A stretch of DNA of 64,000 nt from a virus: IMG/VR virus record IMGVR_UViG_3300045988_183533. The stretch is one strand, 5' to 3'. Both the position numbers and the translations under genes were made by a program. The notes under the pieces were generated by a model that was not told where the DNA came from, made no database searches, and was given only the letters and a program-made list of their open reading frames with translations. How positions within the stretch are numbered: position 1 is the stretch's first letter; each line of letters opens with the position of its first letter. Of the stretch, positions 37,701 to 49,100 are shown piece by piece.

Positions 37701-39771
37701 TATCCTGACGCTGTGTTGTCAGAACCATGCTGACCAGCTTGTTCACACCGTCATCAGCGGTGATGTCGGAACCGGCGACAATACGCTTATCGGAGGCCAC
37801 TGCCTGAGCAGCACCGTTATAAGCAACAGCGTCGAAGGTAATGGTGGAAGACTTGCCCTTTTCAGCCTCACCATAGATGGCATCAATCTGGTCGTTGGTG
37901 ATGGTTACGTTACGCTTGGTAATCTCAAACGTTGCGGTAGCAAGGTTGATGTTATAACCATTGATAGGCGCATTCGTCTGGATATTGCCGATTGTAACAG
38001 TGTAGCCACCGGGAGCAGAGGTGATGCTGGGCAGAACAACGGTGGGTTCACCGCTCAGGCCAAGCATTTCTTTCAGAGCAACTGCGTTGGACTTGTGTTC
38101 ATTATTGGTCTTATACTCGAAATTGGTTTTATCGGTATCAGACCAACCGGTAATCACGAAGTCAACCTGAGGATTCTGCTGACCATACTGACGAGTGGCT
38201 TTGCTGCCGGTCGTCTGTACGCCATCATTGCCCTTGAAGACAAATACGGGAGTCAGGGTCAGAGTCTTTTCGGAAACGACAACATACACATCGCCGGTAT
38301 TGGGCTGAATGTCGATGTTGTAGTTCGTGTTGCTCTTCGCGGAGGAACCTAAGATGATTTTGTAAGAACCGGTAGTGTCCTTATCAAAGTTCTCTGTGGT
38401 CAGAACATCCGCAGGAAGCAGGTCGCCGTCAACCAGACCACCATTGGTATCCATAACGGTGTAGTTAATCTGGCTGATAGTATTGCCCTTCGTAACATAG
38501 GTGGTATGAGGGACAATGTAAATCTGACGTTTGTTGATAGTCACACCCGTGTCATTGCGGATATTCTTGGAGGAATCCAAGTTAGAACCGTCAATGATGG
38601 TATAGTTCAGACCATTCACAGTAACACTTGTTGCACCCGTATCGACATAAGTCGGATAAGTACCGGCATTGCAATGAATGTCTGTAGGATTCTGGCCGTC
38701 GCCGTCAGCCGGAGCGTACATGATGAAGCTCAGACCGTCGATAGCTGCCTGAATATCCTTTTCAACTTCCTGAGAAGTACGGGAATCAGCAGTGCTGTAT
38801 TCGATGGTCAGGCCCTTGGACTTGAAGGAATCACCGTAGGTGTAGGTAACAGTCTGGGGCAGGATACGAATAACGTTTTCCTGACCGCCAATCTTGGTGT
38901 ACTGAATACCAGTACCAGCGGCAATCTGCTTACCAGTCTCAGCGGCAGTGATTGCCTGATAGTCACCGATGACAGTGGTTGAACCGCCGCCACCAAATGC
39001 GCTGGCACCGCTTGTGTCTATGGGGTTTTCCTGACGGTCACAAACCTGCAGATACAGGTCAGACATATCAAGGTATGCATTCATGACGGGCTCGGCGACC
39101 TGCTCATCCTCGCTCAGAGAATAATACATGTCCTCAATGGGTTCCCAGTCATAAACTGCATCCAGTTCCTCAGTGCGACGCGTGACCATCGCATCAAGAA
39201 CCGCATTTTCCTTGTCAGCCTGCCATGCCTTGCTTGCAAGGCCGAAGTTGTTTGCAGCAGTCAGAATTTCATCTTTACGGCTTACGAGAGCGTTGGCCGC
39301 ATCGATAAATGCCTGTGCCGCTTCGCTGATGTTGCTGCCAGTGGTAGAAGCTTCGCTGGAAGTGCTGGTGCTTGCACCAGTATCAGAGGCAGCACTGTTT
39401 GCGGAGGCAGTGGTCGTCTCGGCCCCTGCCTGACTTGTAGCCTCAGAAGCAACATTGCTCGTTACAGAAGTATCGTTGGACGCGGAACTTGCTGTGTCGG
39501 TAACATCGCTTTTCGGCGCGGGAGTAGTAGCGGAAGAGTCGGAGTTTGTTGTCGTAGTGCTGAGCGCATCAGTTTCCTTCGGAGCTTCCTCACTCTGCGT
39601 GATTCCACTCGCGCTCTCTACTGCATAAGCAGTGACAGGAGCAAACTGAGACAGGCACATTGCTACGGCGACAATCGCACTCAAAAACCGCTTACGAGGT
39701 TTCTGCATGTTAGTTGCCCTCCTAATAATGTGAGTGTTCTGTGGCTTGACCACAGTCGGATTTATATACAC
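31762..39771 (-). CDS. Giant cell-wall-anchored surface protein (2669 aa): signal peptide, S/T-rich stalk, at least 14 MBG-type YGD-motif repeats, Ig-like domains, C-terminal sorting signal VNYKTGVGFG plus TM plus KKKK
   Basis: Repeated K-x-YG-D/E-x-D/N-P ... TY ... NY-x-I core motifs. The C-terminal tripartite sorting signal matches that of the 7323-aa protein. Confidence 0.8.
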   Translation of the reverse strand: MYINPTVVKPQNTHIIRRATNMQKPRKRFLSAIVAVAMCLSQFAPVTAYAVESASGITQSEEAPKETDALSTTTTNSDSSATTPAPKSDVTDTASSASNDTSVTSNVASEATSQAGAETTTASANSAASDTGASTSTSSEASTTGSNISEAAQAFIDAANALVSRKDEILTAANNFGLASKAWQADKENAVLDAMVTRRTEELDAVYDWEPIEDMYYSLSEDEQVAEPVMNAYLDMSDLYLQVCDRQENPIDTSGASAFGGGGSTTVIGDYQAITAAETGKQIAAGTGIQYTKIGGQENVIRILPQTVTYTYGDSFKSKGLTIEYSTADSRTSQEVEKDIQAAIDGLSFIMYAPADGDGQNPTDIHCNAGTYPTYVDTGATSVTVNGLNYTIIDGSNLDSSKNIRNDTGVTINKRQIYIVPHTTYVTKGNTISQINYTVMDTNGGLVDGDLLPADVLTTENFDKDTTGSYKIILGSSAKSNTNYNIDIQPNTGDVYVVVSEKTLTLTPVFVFKGNDGVQTTGSKATRQYGQQNPQVDFVITGWSDTDKTNFEYKTNNEHKSNAVALKEMLGLSGEPTVVLPSITSAPGGYTVTIGNIQTNAPINGYNINLATATFEITKRNVTITNDQIDAIYGEAEKGKSSTITFDAVAYNGAAQAVASDKRIVAGSDITADDGVNKLVSMVLTTQRQDIDNKNVGEYPMTVEVPPACTAYYDVKVINSKYIIHPAMLTVTLDDLSAMYGAARSGKIKSIEGFKLNDTQASIGLTEDKLGFTMVDAAGNSGTPTTANVGEYTVSASVQGASQERWSSDWDPNADGKNYDRYDNYLVRFVSSKLTVTKRPIAINVMGGQTKVYGDSDAKGGVAFTLDPVNGKGGRVGSDFAGCVVTREVGETVGSYAYSDAQFQTAEIAKNYDITFNAPDKYTITKRTLTITVPNRERLYGSENPSDADITGALEYKNFASNDEIGIHDTVASLGGTVTIKYGVDNTVGKLTGVGTYPIVVSGYTNPNYNIVYTGTYSDGTSGTLTINALPVTIKGTTNSVRKYGVAGKNTPSYALYDETGSQAINVVDPQGSPLNIHIDLTKWEDPTTVVGNYEATISYDENPNYIVTIAPQATFQVTEADVSVTFNALQTTYGEKKPDTIAKEVSVNVNTSDGTQIYHDGETVNIKMDGKDVSLGVVRIAVEATANASGLYDAGSYNLTFRLDNQPANSVKLSEPDGKNMLIVHQMPLTITPRYGLSKTYGETDPSFAVNDTYVIFDYNTTSFAEPKADFAQARLSREAGENAGTYPIYSGNIYEQTMAKNYRISFTNDVRFTINKRTAVINLLETEKTYGETLTSMNVKDYIKGGTGLLTTTDVQAAEAEKILKGITLTSGATSASASVGTYALKAIYAQPANYDLTVIDSTITITPRPITLTFSNYEKDYGDADPAFSYSEISGNISNDGLKKNTLELTTGALSGSVTRKAGEDVGEYPISSTLYNKYGNYAITIVTGSGTSVDVGSSTTEPEAMEVATLTIKPVKVTFTVAGGYSMIYGGTVPTFSYTVTGLKNNDTVASAFTGSVVYNIKNADGSLSEIPARPAAGDYVITMSGLENNGAKNYDPIVYVDGSLHVDKRDVIVVVDEGQKKVYGEADPELTWTATGDGAYYVSKNAGDLANLKVVRPDAGTDAGEDVGKHPMIIEGDDVNFNITRVNNTFEITPATLNVTLAAQSKIYGDENPVLSGDNLIFDGFVVKPVKGNTTPDDAGVLSVANLTFNFTDAEGAPATVASHAGTGKVVPANVENAAANNYTFVYAPVDFVINKRPITITAKPQTSIYGDDVAVEDWSDYGTVNVLEYTGDTAKAALVNGDILEGTNLCLVTSASHVGGYDIVPSFSGLAHRVGQASYQDYLVTAMNGTYTVTQRPLTWTIGTVGSVYGNEMAELSNTLTYTGDADKKTIVNGDDLKAIISITKKDVENAVAEEISMKSVDGAASLVAESVPESVKDYGAYDMVGSYDNDDYLITIVNGVYTIGERLVEVTVTEPKDIVYGDTTNPDFTVNAVATNGDGTHGAAVKPDSLGLKMALVYTPFENDKTTDNAQTAPLTADAKATLTPDIASGDDGVESDSQFKTENVKNAGTYTYTVTSDYDAAVEQNYAVTIKVVDADKNEADGQFVIARKDLTVTLDPNPVVKLYGTKTEIPEIKTSGYAFDETAETVKLPSFELIVASSIDGIFGNVGLTKDAFKYVGGAYDNYNYLPTTGDLEVQRLHLSDVEPATIVGTVADEKTGKPVEVTKKTTDDLSGLYFNSKVEVIAPKGYAIGTSDSLTDAEWAEKMVISANSEKVTSTYYLIDLKTGAITEMGTITTSVDTEAPVVASAFAADKVDSTNKTDLLNEKFVKFESTINVFITGEETGKAPEKDDDKKDDTDKKEDSGKKDETESGTDEKVPAESEKTETTNDKTEATTLRIAHGKPALFTTGDETGDENGNDVVATPDENGGKDDTEDPDFVPVVKVKDSVPAISALDGEYNSGVAKIQYYKVNGSAIAKSADGDYTFDETKFETVNVTNIDKDNGYVTFKLSPDWTGYIVTRTVDKAGNYGDVRVASVKLENPPEESRPTPTPVVKNEPAPTPAPVVVNYKTGVGFGADIIVPVIVVVALIGVGAFVIVKKKKGDSEEKAAEKTEDKTEEKKQ

Positions 39772-39850
39772 CCTTACCTACTCCCTAGTGTGCAGCCTTG
39801 ATTGTAGATAAGAAAGTATATCAAAACACAGGCAATCAAATTGCATATTT

Positions 39851-39882
39851 ACAATATGCCACAAAAAGACATAAAAGTCAAT
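39851..39882 (-). promoter_or_regulatory. B-type promoter for the MBG-repeat giant gene (TTGACT-N17-TGTGGCATATT)
   Basis: -10 at 39853-39858, -35 at 39876-39881. Confidence 0.55.
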
Positions 39883-39895
39883 CAAAAATTTCGGC

Positions 39896-39958
39896 ACAAA
39901 AAGGCCACCCATGAGCGCATAATCGTATTTCGTATGGACATGGATGGCTGAAACATTA
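39896..39958 (-). terminator. Hairpin with T-run (CCATCCATG...CATGGGTGG, about 30-nt loop); weak terminator or structured RNA element
   Basis: Sits between A-promoter copy f and the B-type promoter of the 31762..39771 gene. Confidence 0.35.
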
Positions 39959-40008
39959 ACACAGAACCTGCTTGACTATTATTTATTCTGAAAAATTTGA
40001 TGCTGTAT

Positions 40009-40039
40009 TTATATCTATTATATTACTCACTTTGCAGCA
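40009..40039 (-). promoter_or_regulatory. A-type promoter-like element, copy f (TTGACC-N16-TAATAT)
   Basis: -35 at 40033-40038, -10 at 40011-40016. Confidence 0.45.
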
Positions 40040-40079
40040 GCGGTCAATAATAATTCTGAAAAACAGAAGTTTTTTATGC

Positions 40080-40117
40080 AAAAAAAAGAGCGGCGGCTCT
40101 TTCGAACCACCGCTCTA
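40080..40117 (-). terminator. Rho-independent terminator of the 7323-aa gene (10-bp stem AGAGCGGTGG/CCGCCGCTCT, T8)
   Basis: Lies directly after the stop at 40130. Confidence 0.65.
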
Positions 40118-40129
40118 TTGTTTTACCGC

Positions 40130-43100
40130 TTATTCAGCGGAATCATCCTTATGGTTATCTTTGTTGTCGTTTTCGTCCTTCTTGCGCTTGTGGTTTACTA
40201 CCACCAGAGCAGCGACGCCAATGCCAACCATTGCTGCCAGACCAACAATGCTCTGTGCAAATCCGATACCAGTCTTCTTATTGCTCGTGAAGATAGAGAA
40301 GAGGGAGAAGGGTTTGCCGTCTACCTTGAAGATATCGAGCCAGCCAATCGGCGGGGTCTTGGGCTTCTCAGTAGGAACAGGTGTCGGAGTAGGCTTCGGG
40401 TTGTCGGGAGTCGGAGTCGGCTTAGGCTCGTCAGGCGTTGTGGGAGTAGAGGGCTTCACAACAGGGACTTTTACCTCGTTGGAAGGTTTCTCTACATCTT
40501 CATCAATCGGCTTGGACGGGTCCTTACCATGACCCGGATTCTCGGGGTCTTCGGGATTCTGACCCGGAGCCTTAGCGACAGCCACGTTAATGACATCGTG
40601 TCCGGCATCCGCGTCAACGGCAACATAAGAATAGGTCAGAGTGAAGGATTCGCCAACGGGGATACGAGCAATAGTGAACGTTGTCGTTGCGCTATCGTAA
40701 GTATATCCATCACCGTTCTTGGCTTCAATATGGCTTGCGCCGTCATTGTTGTCCTTTACGGTTACATTGACAAGGTCTACCTCACCGGTATTGGTTACTA
40801 CCACACGATAATTGATGGTTTCACCGACATTGACTTTCGTCTTGTCAGCACTCTTCACAATCGTGAGGCTCTTTTCCAGCGGGATGTCAGTTTCCGTACC
40901 GGAACCCGGAACTTCCACATCAACCTTGTTGGACGGAATATCCGTATCAGGGTCAATCGGTTTCGTCGGGTCTTTACCCTGTCCGGGATTCTCCGGGTCT
41001 TCAGGGTTCGTGCCGGGAACATGAATCGTCGCTACGTTTTCGAGGATGTGCGTAGTCACATCGGCGATACCAACAGTATAAGCGTAGTGGACAACCACAT
41101 CGCCGCCAGCAGGAATCGTGTCGATGGTGAATACACCATTCTCATAGTGATAACCAGCGCCATCCACTGCGAAGATGCTTCCGGAGAAGTTATTCTCATC
41201 AGTCAGAGCAGCATTCTGAATATCGTGGTTTTTGCCATTGTGTACCGTTACGGTATAGGTGACAGTCTCACCCGGCTTTGCGACAGTCTTGTTTGCAGAC
41301 TTCCAGATGGTGACAACGCCATCATCAGGCTTCTTCACATCGACTGTATTGGACGGGATATTATACTGCTCGCCATCGTGCGTGTACTTAATGGCTGCGG
41401 TATTTTCCATAACGCTCTCATCGGTCGTCTCTACCGTATAGGTATAAACGATATCAAGAGCCTCACCGGCATCCAGATAACCGATAGTCCAAGTACCGTC
41501 TCCGTTATAGGTATAGCGGTTAGAACTCTCAGCCGTAACATCACCCGCAAAGTTGTTATGGTCTGCGACAGTGATATCGTTTACGGTTTCGTCTGTCGTG
41601 TTCTTCACCGTAATGGTGTAGGTCACAACATCCGTCACCTTAGCAATATACTTATCGGCATCCTTTTCAACATCGATAGGCGGTGTCGGGTCTTTCACAA
41701 CAGCAGCGTTCAGGACCTTAGGAGCATCAGCGGTAACTACCACATAGGTAAAGTTAAGCGTTACGCTCTCACCAGCCTTTACAGTGCTGATGGTATAGGA
41801 GTTGTCGCCGTTATCCGCAACGCCATCCATGGGCACAAAGTTGAGCGTTCCGTTGCCATCGAAGAAGTCTTCGACCACAACATTTTCCGCATCAGCCTTG
41901 CCCTTGTTGGCGACAGTAACCGTATAGTTGAGCGTATCGCCAACCTTAGCTTCTGCCTTATCAACGGACTTGGTGATTTCGATTACAGGAATCTCTGTTT
42001 CGGTTTCAGAGCCGGGAACTTCCACATCAACCTTGTTGGACGGAATCTCCGTATCGGGGTCAATGGGTTTCTCGGGGTCTTTACCGTGACCCGGATTATT
42101 CGGGTCTTCGGGATTCGTGCCGGGAACATGGATTGTTGCAATGTTTTCGAGAATCTGCGTGGGCACATCAGCAATTTCAACCGTATAGGTGTAGTGGATA
42201 ACCACATCACCGCCTGCGGGAATCTTATTGATTGTGAATTCGCCGTTCTCGAAGGTGTAATCCGCACCGTCAACGCTTACGATTTCACCAGCAAAGTTGT
42301 TGGTGTCTGTCAGACGAGCGTTTTCGATGTCGTGATTCTTTCCGTTATGAACCGTGACGGTATAGGTTACAACCTCACCCGGCTCAGCCTTTGTCTTATC
42401 TGCAGCCTTGCGGATGGTGACAACACCATCATCAGGCTTTTCGACATCGACGGGGTTAGAGGGGATATTGTAATCTGTGCCATCCTTGCTGTAAGTCACA
42501 TTTGCAATGTTTTCGATGACGGTGGCATCCTCAGCCTGCATCGTATAGGTGTAGGTGATATGGATGGTCTCGCCAGCGGCAATAGTCGGAATAGTCCATG
42601 TCTTATTGCCATTGTAAGTGTACTTGTCAGCGTTTTCGGCCTTGATTTCGCCCTTGAAGTTGTTAGTATCGGTGACAGTTACATTGTCAACAGGCTCAGA
42701 AGTGGTGCTCTTCACGGAAATCGTGTAGGTTACAACCTCATCTACCTTTGCAATGTGCTTGTCGGCTTCCTTCTCGACATCAATAGGCGGTGTCGGGTCT
42801 TTGATTACTGCGGCGTTCAGTACGAGAGGTTCGTCTCCTTCAACTACAACATAGCTGAAACGAAGCTTTACGCTCTCCCCTGCTTTGACCGTAGAAATAG
42901 TGTAGGTGTTGTCTCCGTTATCTGTCACACCATCCATGGCCTTGAAGTTCAGCGTTCCGTTTCCGTCAAAGAAATCCTTAATCAGGATATTCTCAGCATC
43001 CGCGTTACCGCCGTTCTTGACAGTGACGGTGTAGTTTAGCGTATCACCAATCTTGGCAGTAGGCTTATCTACAGACTTGGTAATAGAGATTTCCGGAATC

Positions 43101-46100
43101 TCGGTCTCAACTTCGGAACCGGGGACTTCCACTTCGACCTTATTGGACGGAATGTCCGTATCGGGGTCAATAGGTTTATCCGGGTCCTTGCCGTGTCCGG
43201 GATTTTCAGGGTCTTCCGGATTCGTGCCGGGCACATGTGCCGTGGCAACATTTTCCAGAATGTGAGTGGGTACATCTGCAATCTGCACCGTGTAGGTGTA
43301 GGTCAGAACAGCGTCTGCACCTGCAGCAATCTTGTCGATTACAAAGTGTCCGTCAACGAACTTGTAGCCGACACCATTCGAGCCTGTAATCGTTCCAGCA
43401 AAGTTGTTGGAATCGCTTACGACCACGTTGGTGATGTCATGCGCCTTGCCGTTGTGAATCGTAACCGTGTAGGTCACGACCTCACCGGGCTCTGCAATCT
43501 TCTTGTCACCGCTCTTGACAATCGTAACTTCGCCATCCTTCGGGACAACGACTTCAACGGGGTCTGCCTTGATGACATACTCGCCGTCATCGGTCGTGTA
43601 GCGAACATCAGCTTCGTTGACCAGCGTAGAGGGGTCGGTAGTCTTCACCGTATAGGTGTAGAGAATATCGATGCTCTCACCAGCCTTGATGCTGGGGATA
43701 GTCCAAGTATGGTTGCCATTGTAGGTGTACTTGGCGTTGTCTTTAGAGGCGATTGCACCTGTAAAGTTGTTGGTGTCGCTGACCAGCAGGTCGGTAACGG
43801 CCTTATCGGTCGTGTTCTTCACCGTGATGGTGTAGTTGACGACTTCATCGACCATTGCTACATGCTTGTCTGCGGTCTTCTCGATGTCAACGGGAGGAGT
43901 CGGGTCTTTCACAACAGCAGCGTTCAGGACCATCGGCGCATCTCCGGCAACGACCGTGTAAGTGAAGCGGAGCGTAATGCTCTGACCCTTCTCCACATTC
44001 GCAACCGTGTAGGTGTAATCACCGTTATCCGTCACACCGTCCATCGGAACGAAGTTCAGGACACCGTTACCGTCAAAGAAATCCTTGACGACAGCGTTCT
44101 TGACTGCCTGTCCGCCAACATTCGTCAGCGTAATCGTGTAGTTCAGCGTATCGCCAACCTTGGCTTCCGTTTTGTCTACACTCTTAACGATTTCGAGCTT
44201 GCCTTCCGGCACATCAACATGCGTGCCGTCACCGGGAACTTCAACATCGACCTTGTTGGAAGGAATCTCCTCGTCAGGGTCGCCGGGGTTCTTGCCGGGG
44301 ACATGAGCCGTTGCAACATTCTCAAGAATCTTAGTCGGAACATCGGAAATCTGGACTGTGTAGGTGTAGTGAACCACTGCGTCACCGCCAGCAGGAATCT
44401 TGTCAATGACAAATTCGCCGTTGATGAACTTGTAGCCAGCACCGTCAACGCCCTCAATCTTGCCCGCGAAGTTGTTCGCGTCAGTCAGACGGACATTCTT
44501 GATGTCGTAATCCTTACCGTTGTGAATTGTAACTGTATAGGTAACGACCTCGTTCGGTTCAGCCTTGGTCTTGTCGGCAGTCTTAAAGATGGTAACGACA
44601 CCATCGTTAGGCTTCTCAACATCAACCGGGTTGGACGGAATATCGTAGTCAGTACCGTTGTGGCTATAACGCACATCGGCAGTGTTTTCAATCACGGTTT
44701 CATCGCTTGCCTGCATCGTATAGGTGTAGGTAATGTCGATGGACTTGCCGGATTCGAGCGTTGCGATGGTCCAAGTCTTATCACCGTTGTAGGTGTAGCC
44801 CTTGCCATCCTTGGCTTCGATTTCGCCCTTGAAGTTGTTCGTATCGCTTACCAGCAGATTCGTCAGCGTGTCCTTAGAATTGTTCTTCACCGTGATGGTG
44901 TATGTAACAATCTCATTGACCTTGGCGATATGCTTGTCTGCGCTCTTCACAATATCCGTGGGCGGTTCGGGAGTTGTGATGACTGCCGCGTTCAGAACCT
45001 CAGGTGCGTCACCGTCAACCACCACATAGGTGAAGTTAAGCGTTACGCTCTCGCCAGCCTTGACGCTTGCAATCGTGTAGGTGTTGTCACCGTTATCGGT
45101 GACGCCATCCATAGCCACGAAGTTCAGTGTGCCCTTGCCGTCGAAGAAGTCCTTGACTGTGACATTCTCAGCATCGCCCTTGCCGTTGTTCTTGACAGTA
45201 ATCGTGTAGTTCAGAGTATCACCGACAACGGCTTCATTCTTATCCACACTCTTTGTCAGAACAAGGTCAGGAATCTTGGTTTCAGTCTCGGAACCCGGAA
45301 CCTCAACATCGACAGGATTCGAAGGAATCTTCTCATCGTTATCGATAGGCTTGTTCGGGTCTTTACCGTGACCGGGGTTGTTCGGGTCTTCGGGATTCGT
45401 TCCGGGAACATCAGCCGTAGCGATATTCTCCAGAATCTGAGTAGGCACATCACCAATTTCAACCGTGTAGGTGTAGGTCAGAGTGACCGAAGCGCCTGCG
45501 GCAATCTCAGCAATATGGAACTCACCGTTCTCGAAGGTGTAATCTGCGCCGTCAACGCCAGTGATTTTACCAGCGAAGTTATTAGCATCGGTTACTACAA
45601 CATCGTGAACATCGAAGCCCTTGTTGTTAGTAACGGTGACATTGTAGGTGACGACCTCACCCGGCTTAGCCATCTTCTTGTCCGCTTCCTTGTGGATGGA
45701 GACAGTGCCCTTATCGGGTACGACCACATCAACAGTCGGCGTATCAAGTTTCACGGTATCGCCGTTCTCGGAATACGTCACATCAGCCTTGTTCTCGAGG
45801 AGCTTCTCATCATTGCTCTGTACCGTGTAGGTATAGGTAATGTCGATGGTCTCCCCTGCTCCGATTTCCGGAATCGTCCAAGTATTATCGCCGTTATAGG
45901 TGTACTTGTCTGTATTGGTGGCATTGATGCTGCCAACAAAGTTATTGGTATCCTTGACAGTGACATTCGTCTTTGCCTTGGTGTCGGGGTTATACACGCT
46001 GATGGTGTAAGTCACGATTTCATCGACAAATGCGAACTTCTTGTCAGCCGTCTTGGTGGGTTCGAGCGGCGGGTCAACGGGCGGTGTCGTGACGACAGCG

Positions 46101-49100
46101 GTGTTCAGGACCTCAGGCTCATCGCCTTCCACGATAACATAGGTGAAGCGGAGCTCCATGAATGTACCGGCAGGCAGTTTGTTGATGGTGTAAGTGCCAT
46201 CACCGTTCACTACAACACCGACAGCCGGGATGTAGTTGAGTTTACCGTGTCCATCGAAGAAGTCTTCGACCAGAATATTTTTCAGTTCGCCATCGCCAAC
46301 ATTAGACACCTTAACGGTGTAATGCAGCATATCGCCAACAGAAGCACTCTTCTTGTCTACGAATTTCTCGACTTTCAACTTGCCCTCGGGCGGGTTGACA
46401 GGAACAGGTACATCACTGCCGGGAACCTTGACGGTGACCTCGTTAGAAGGCTTCGTCTTTTCATTCTCAGGAGTCTGGTCTTCGTCAGCGAACCAGTAAT
46501 GCAGCGTAGCCACATTCTTCAGCTCGTTGTAAGTATCCTGACCCTTACCGGCATCGGTGTTTAGCACAATGTAATCATACTCTACCGTGACAGTCTTGCC
46601 AGCCGGAATAGTGCCGACCTTGATGACTGCGGAACCGGCAGATGCAGATTCCAGAGTGCCGTTCTTGACATTCGTGATAACGCCGTTGAAGTTGTTCTTG
46701 TCGTACAGCGCTGCATTCACATAGTCAACAGTGTCATTGTTGTGCATGACGACAGTGTAATGCACCGTATCGCCGATGTTTGCAATGGCCTTATCTGCCT
46801 GTTTCACAACGGTGGGTCCGACATGTTCCGGCGTGGGAGTTTCGGGGATGATAGGGATATCAACCTCATTGGAAGGAATCTTTACCTTGCCAGAATCCGT
46901 CACATATGTCATTTCGGCGTTATTGACAAGCATGGTATTAGGAGCATCTTCATTCATTACCGTGTAGGTGTAGACAATGTCTACGCTCTCACCAGCGCCG
47001 ATAGAAGAAATATTCCAGACCTTGTCGCCAATATAGCTTACAACATCAGTGTTTTCGGCAGGCGTGATAACACTCGTGAAGTTGTTTGTATCCTTGACCT
47101 CAACATTCGTCTTGGTCTCGTTAGTCGTATTGGTAACGGTAATGGTGTAAGTCACCACCTCGCCAACCACTACGGTCTGTTTATCTGCCTTTTTCTCGAT
47201 TTTGGGAACTTCCGGAATCTCGACAGCAGCATTGTTTACGGTGCCCTTGTCGCCTTCCTGTACGGTATAGGTGACAGGAATCTCAACGACCTCACCAGCC
47301 GCAATTTCTGCGATGGTGAAGGAATGAGTCGCTGCGTCATAGGTGTACTTGTCGGAACTTGCAGCATTGATTTCACCAATGCCATCATTGAAGTCGCGCA
47401 CAACTACATTCTGAGCAGTCATTGTACCGTTGTTCGTAACGGTAATGGTGTAGTGAATGGTATCGCCAATCATCACACTGGATTCAAGAGAAGCCTTCAC
47501 AACGCGAATATCGCGGTCAGGCACTTCGCCTACATGGACAGTCTCAGTATCGGGGTCGCTCGTAACAGTCTTGTTGTCGGGGTTCTTGCCCTCAGCAACA
47601 GCTGTATTCACGATGTTACCGTTATCGAGGTTCATGTCCTCTGCCACAGCAGTATAGACATAAGTGATTTCAACGGAATCGCCTGCGTTCAGCTCAGGAA
47701 TCATCCACTTGCCGTTTCCGTCATACATCAAATCGCCAGTGTACTCGACAGTGCCGTTGCCGTTGGATGTATCGGTAACGATAACATTCGTCAGCTTGGT
47801 ATTGCCACTGTTCTTAACGGTCAGAGTATAGGTTACGGTCGTGTCATTGCCGTTCATATCAACGAAACTCTTGTCAGCGTTCTTTACGATGGTCAGTTCA
47901 TCACGGAGCACATCAACCTCAACAGGTTTAGAAGGTTCTTCGATGTCCTTGTCACCCGGAATCTCAGTATTGGGATTCTTGGGAGCGTGAGCAGTAGCTA
48001 CGTTGATAATCGTTTCGGGGTCACCGTTCTGCACAATATACAGGTAATTCAGAGTAACGGAATCACCGACATTCAGAGCAGGAATGGTGAACAATCTGGT
48101 TTCGGGGTTATAGGTATATCCGTCGCCGGTAGAGACGATAAACATACCCAGAGCATTGGTGTTATCGGAGACGGTAACATTCGTCATATCGACAGTGCCG
48201 TCGTTCGTGACAGTGACCTGATACTTGACGACTTCGCCGGGATAAGCGTGGTCGCGGTCTGCAGACTTGACAATCGTCAGGTGCTTGTAGTACAGCGGCA
48301 CGATTACTTCGTTGGAATCGACAGGTTTCTCAGGAATAGTCGGGTCTTTGCGAGCAGGAATCGTTGCGGTAGCAATGTTATCCAGCTTGCCGTTTGTGAG
48401 GTCATCTGCGACAACCGTGTACTTATAGGTGATGGTTACGGACTTACCAATGCCAAGGCTGGTGATTGTCCATGTTCCATCATCGTTGACACGATAGCCG
48501 AAGTGGAGCTTCGTGTTCTCGACAGGCTCGCCCATGAAGTTGTTCGTATCCTTTACGACAACATTTTCAAGCTTCGTGTTGCCCGTATTGGTGACTTTCA
48601 GCGTGTAAGTGACGACATCACCTACGCCAGCCTCAGTCTTATCAGCACTCTTTTCGATGGTCAGATTCTGACGGATGATTTCCACATCAACATCAGGAGT
48701 CTCAACCAACCATTCCTTGTTAGGCTCGGTATAGTTCGGAGTGGTGCTGCCATCAGGGTTCTCAGTATAGCTCTCGACTACCTTCATATCGGTAATCTTG
48801 GCGTTGTTTTCGAGGATATCGTTGTTGTTGGTGCCGTGGTCGGTCGGGTCTACCGTGTAGGTATAGGTGAACGTTACGGCATTGGTATGGGTTTCATCGC
48901 GCAGATGGGAAATCTCTGCGATAACGAACTCGCCCTTCTCTGCATCATAGGTCACACCGTTTGCCTGAGACAGGACAGGAACACCAACGAAGTTGTTGGT
49001 ATCTTTAACGATGACGTTGTGCAGGTCATGACTGGTCGCGTTCGTAACGGTAATCGTGTAGCGAATCACATCGTAATCCGTAGCGCGTTCACGGTCAGCA

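Noticed and set aside
31711-38352. 2213-aa plus-strand ORF, and similar long plus-strand ORFs at 40076-43039, 43193-46564, 46742-55699 and 56435-59773
   Set aside because: They are antisense shadows of the repetitive, G/T-rich giant adhesin genes. Their translations are low-complexity (V/G/I/N-rich) and they have no RBS or promoter. The minus-strand ORFs have RBSs, promoters, signal peptides and recognisable domains.
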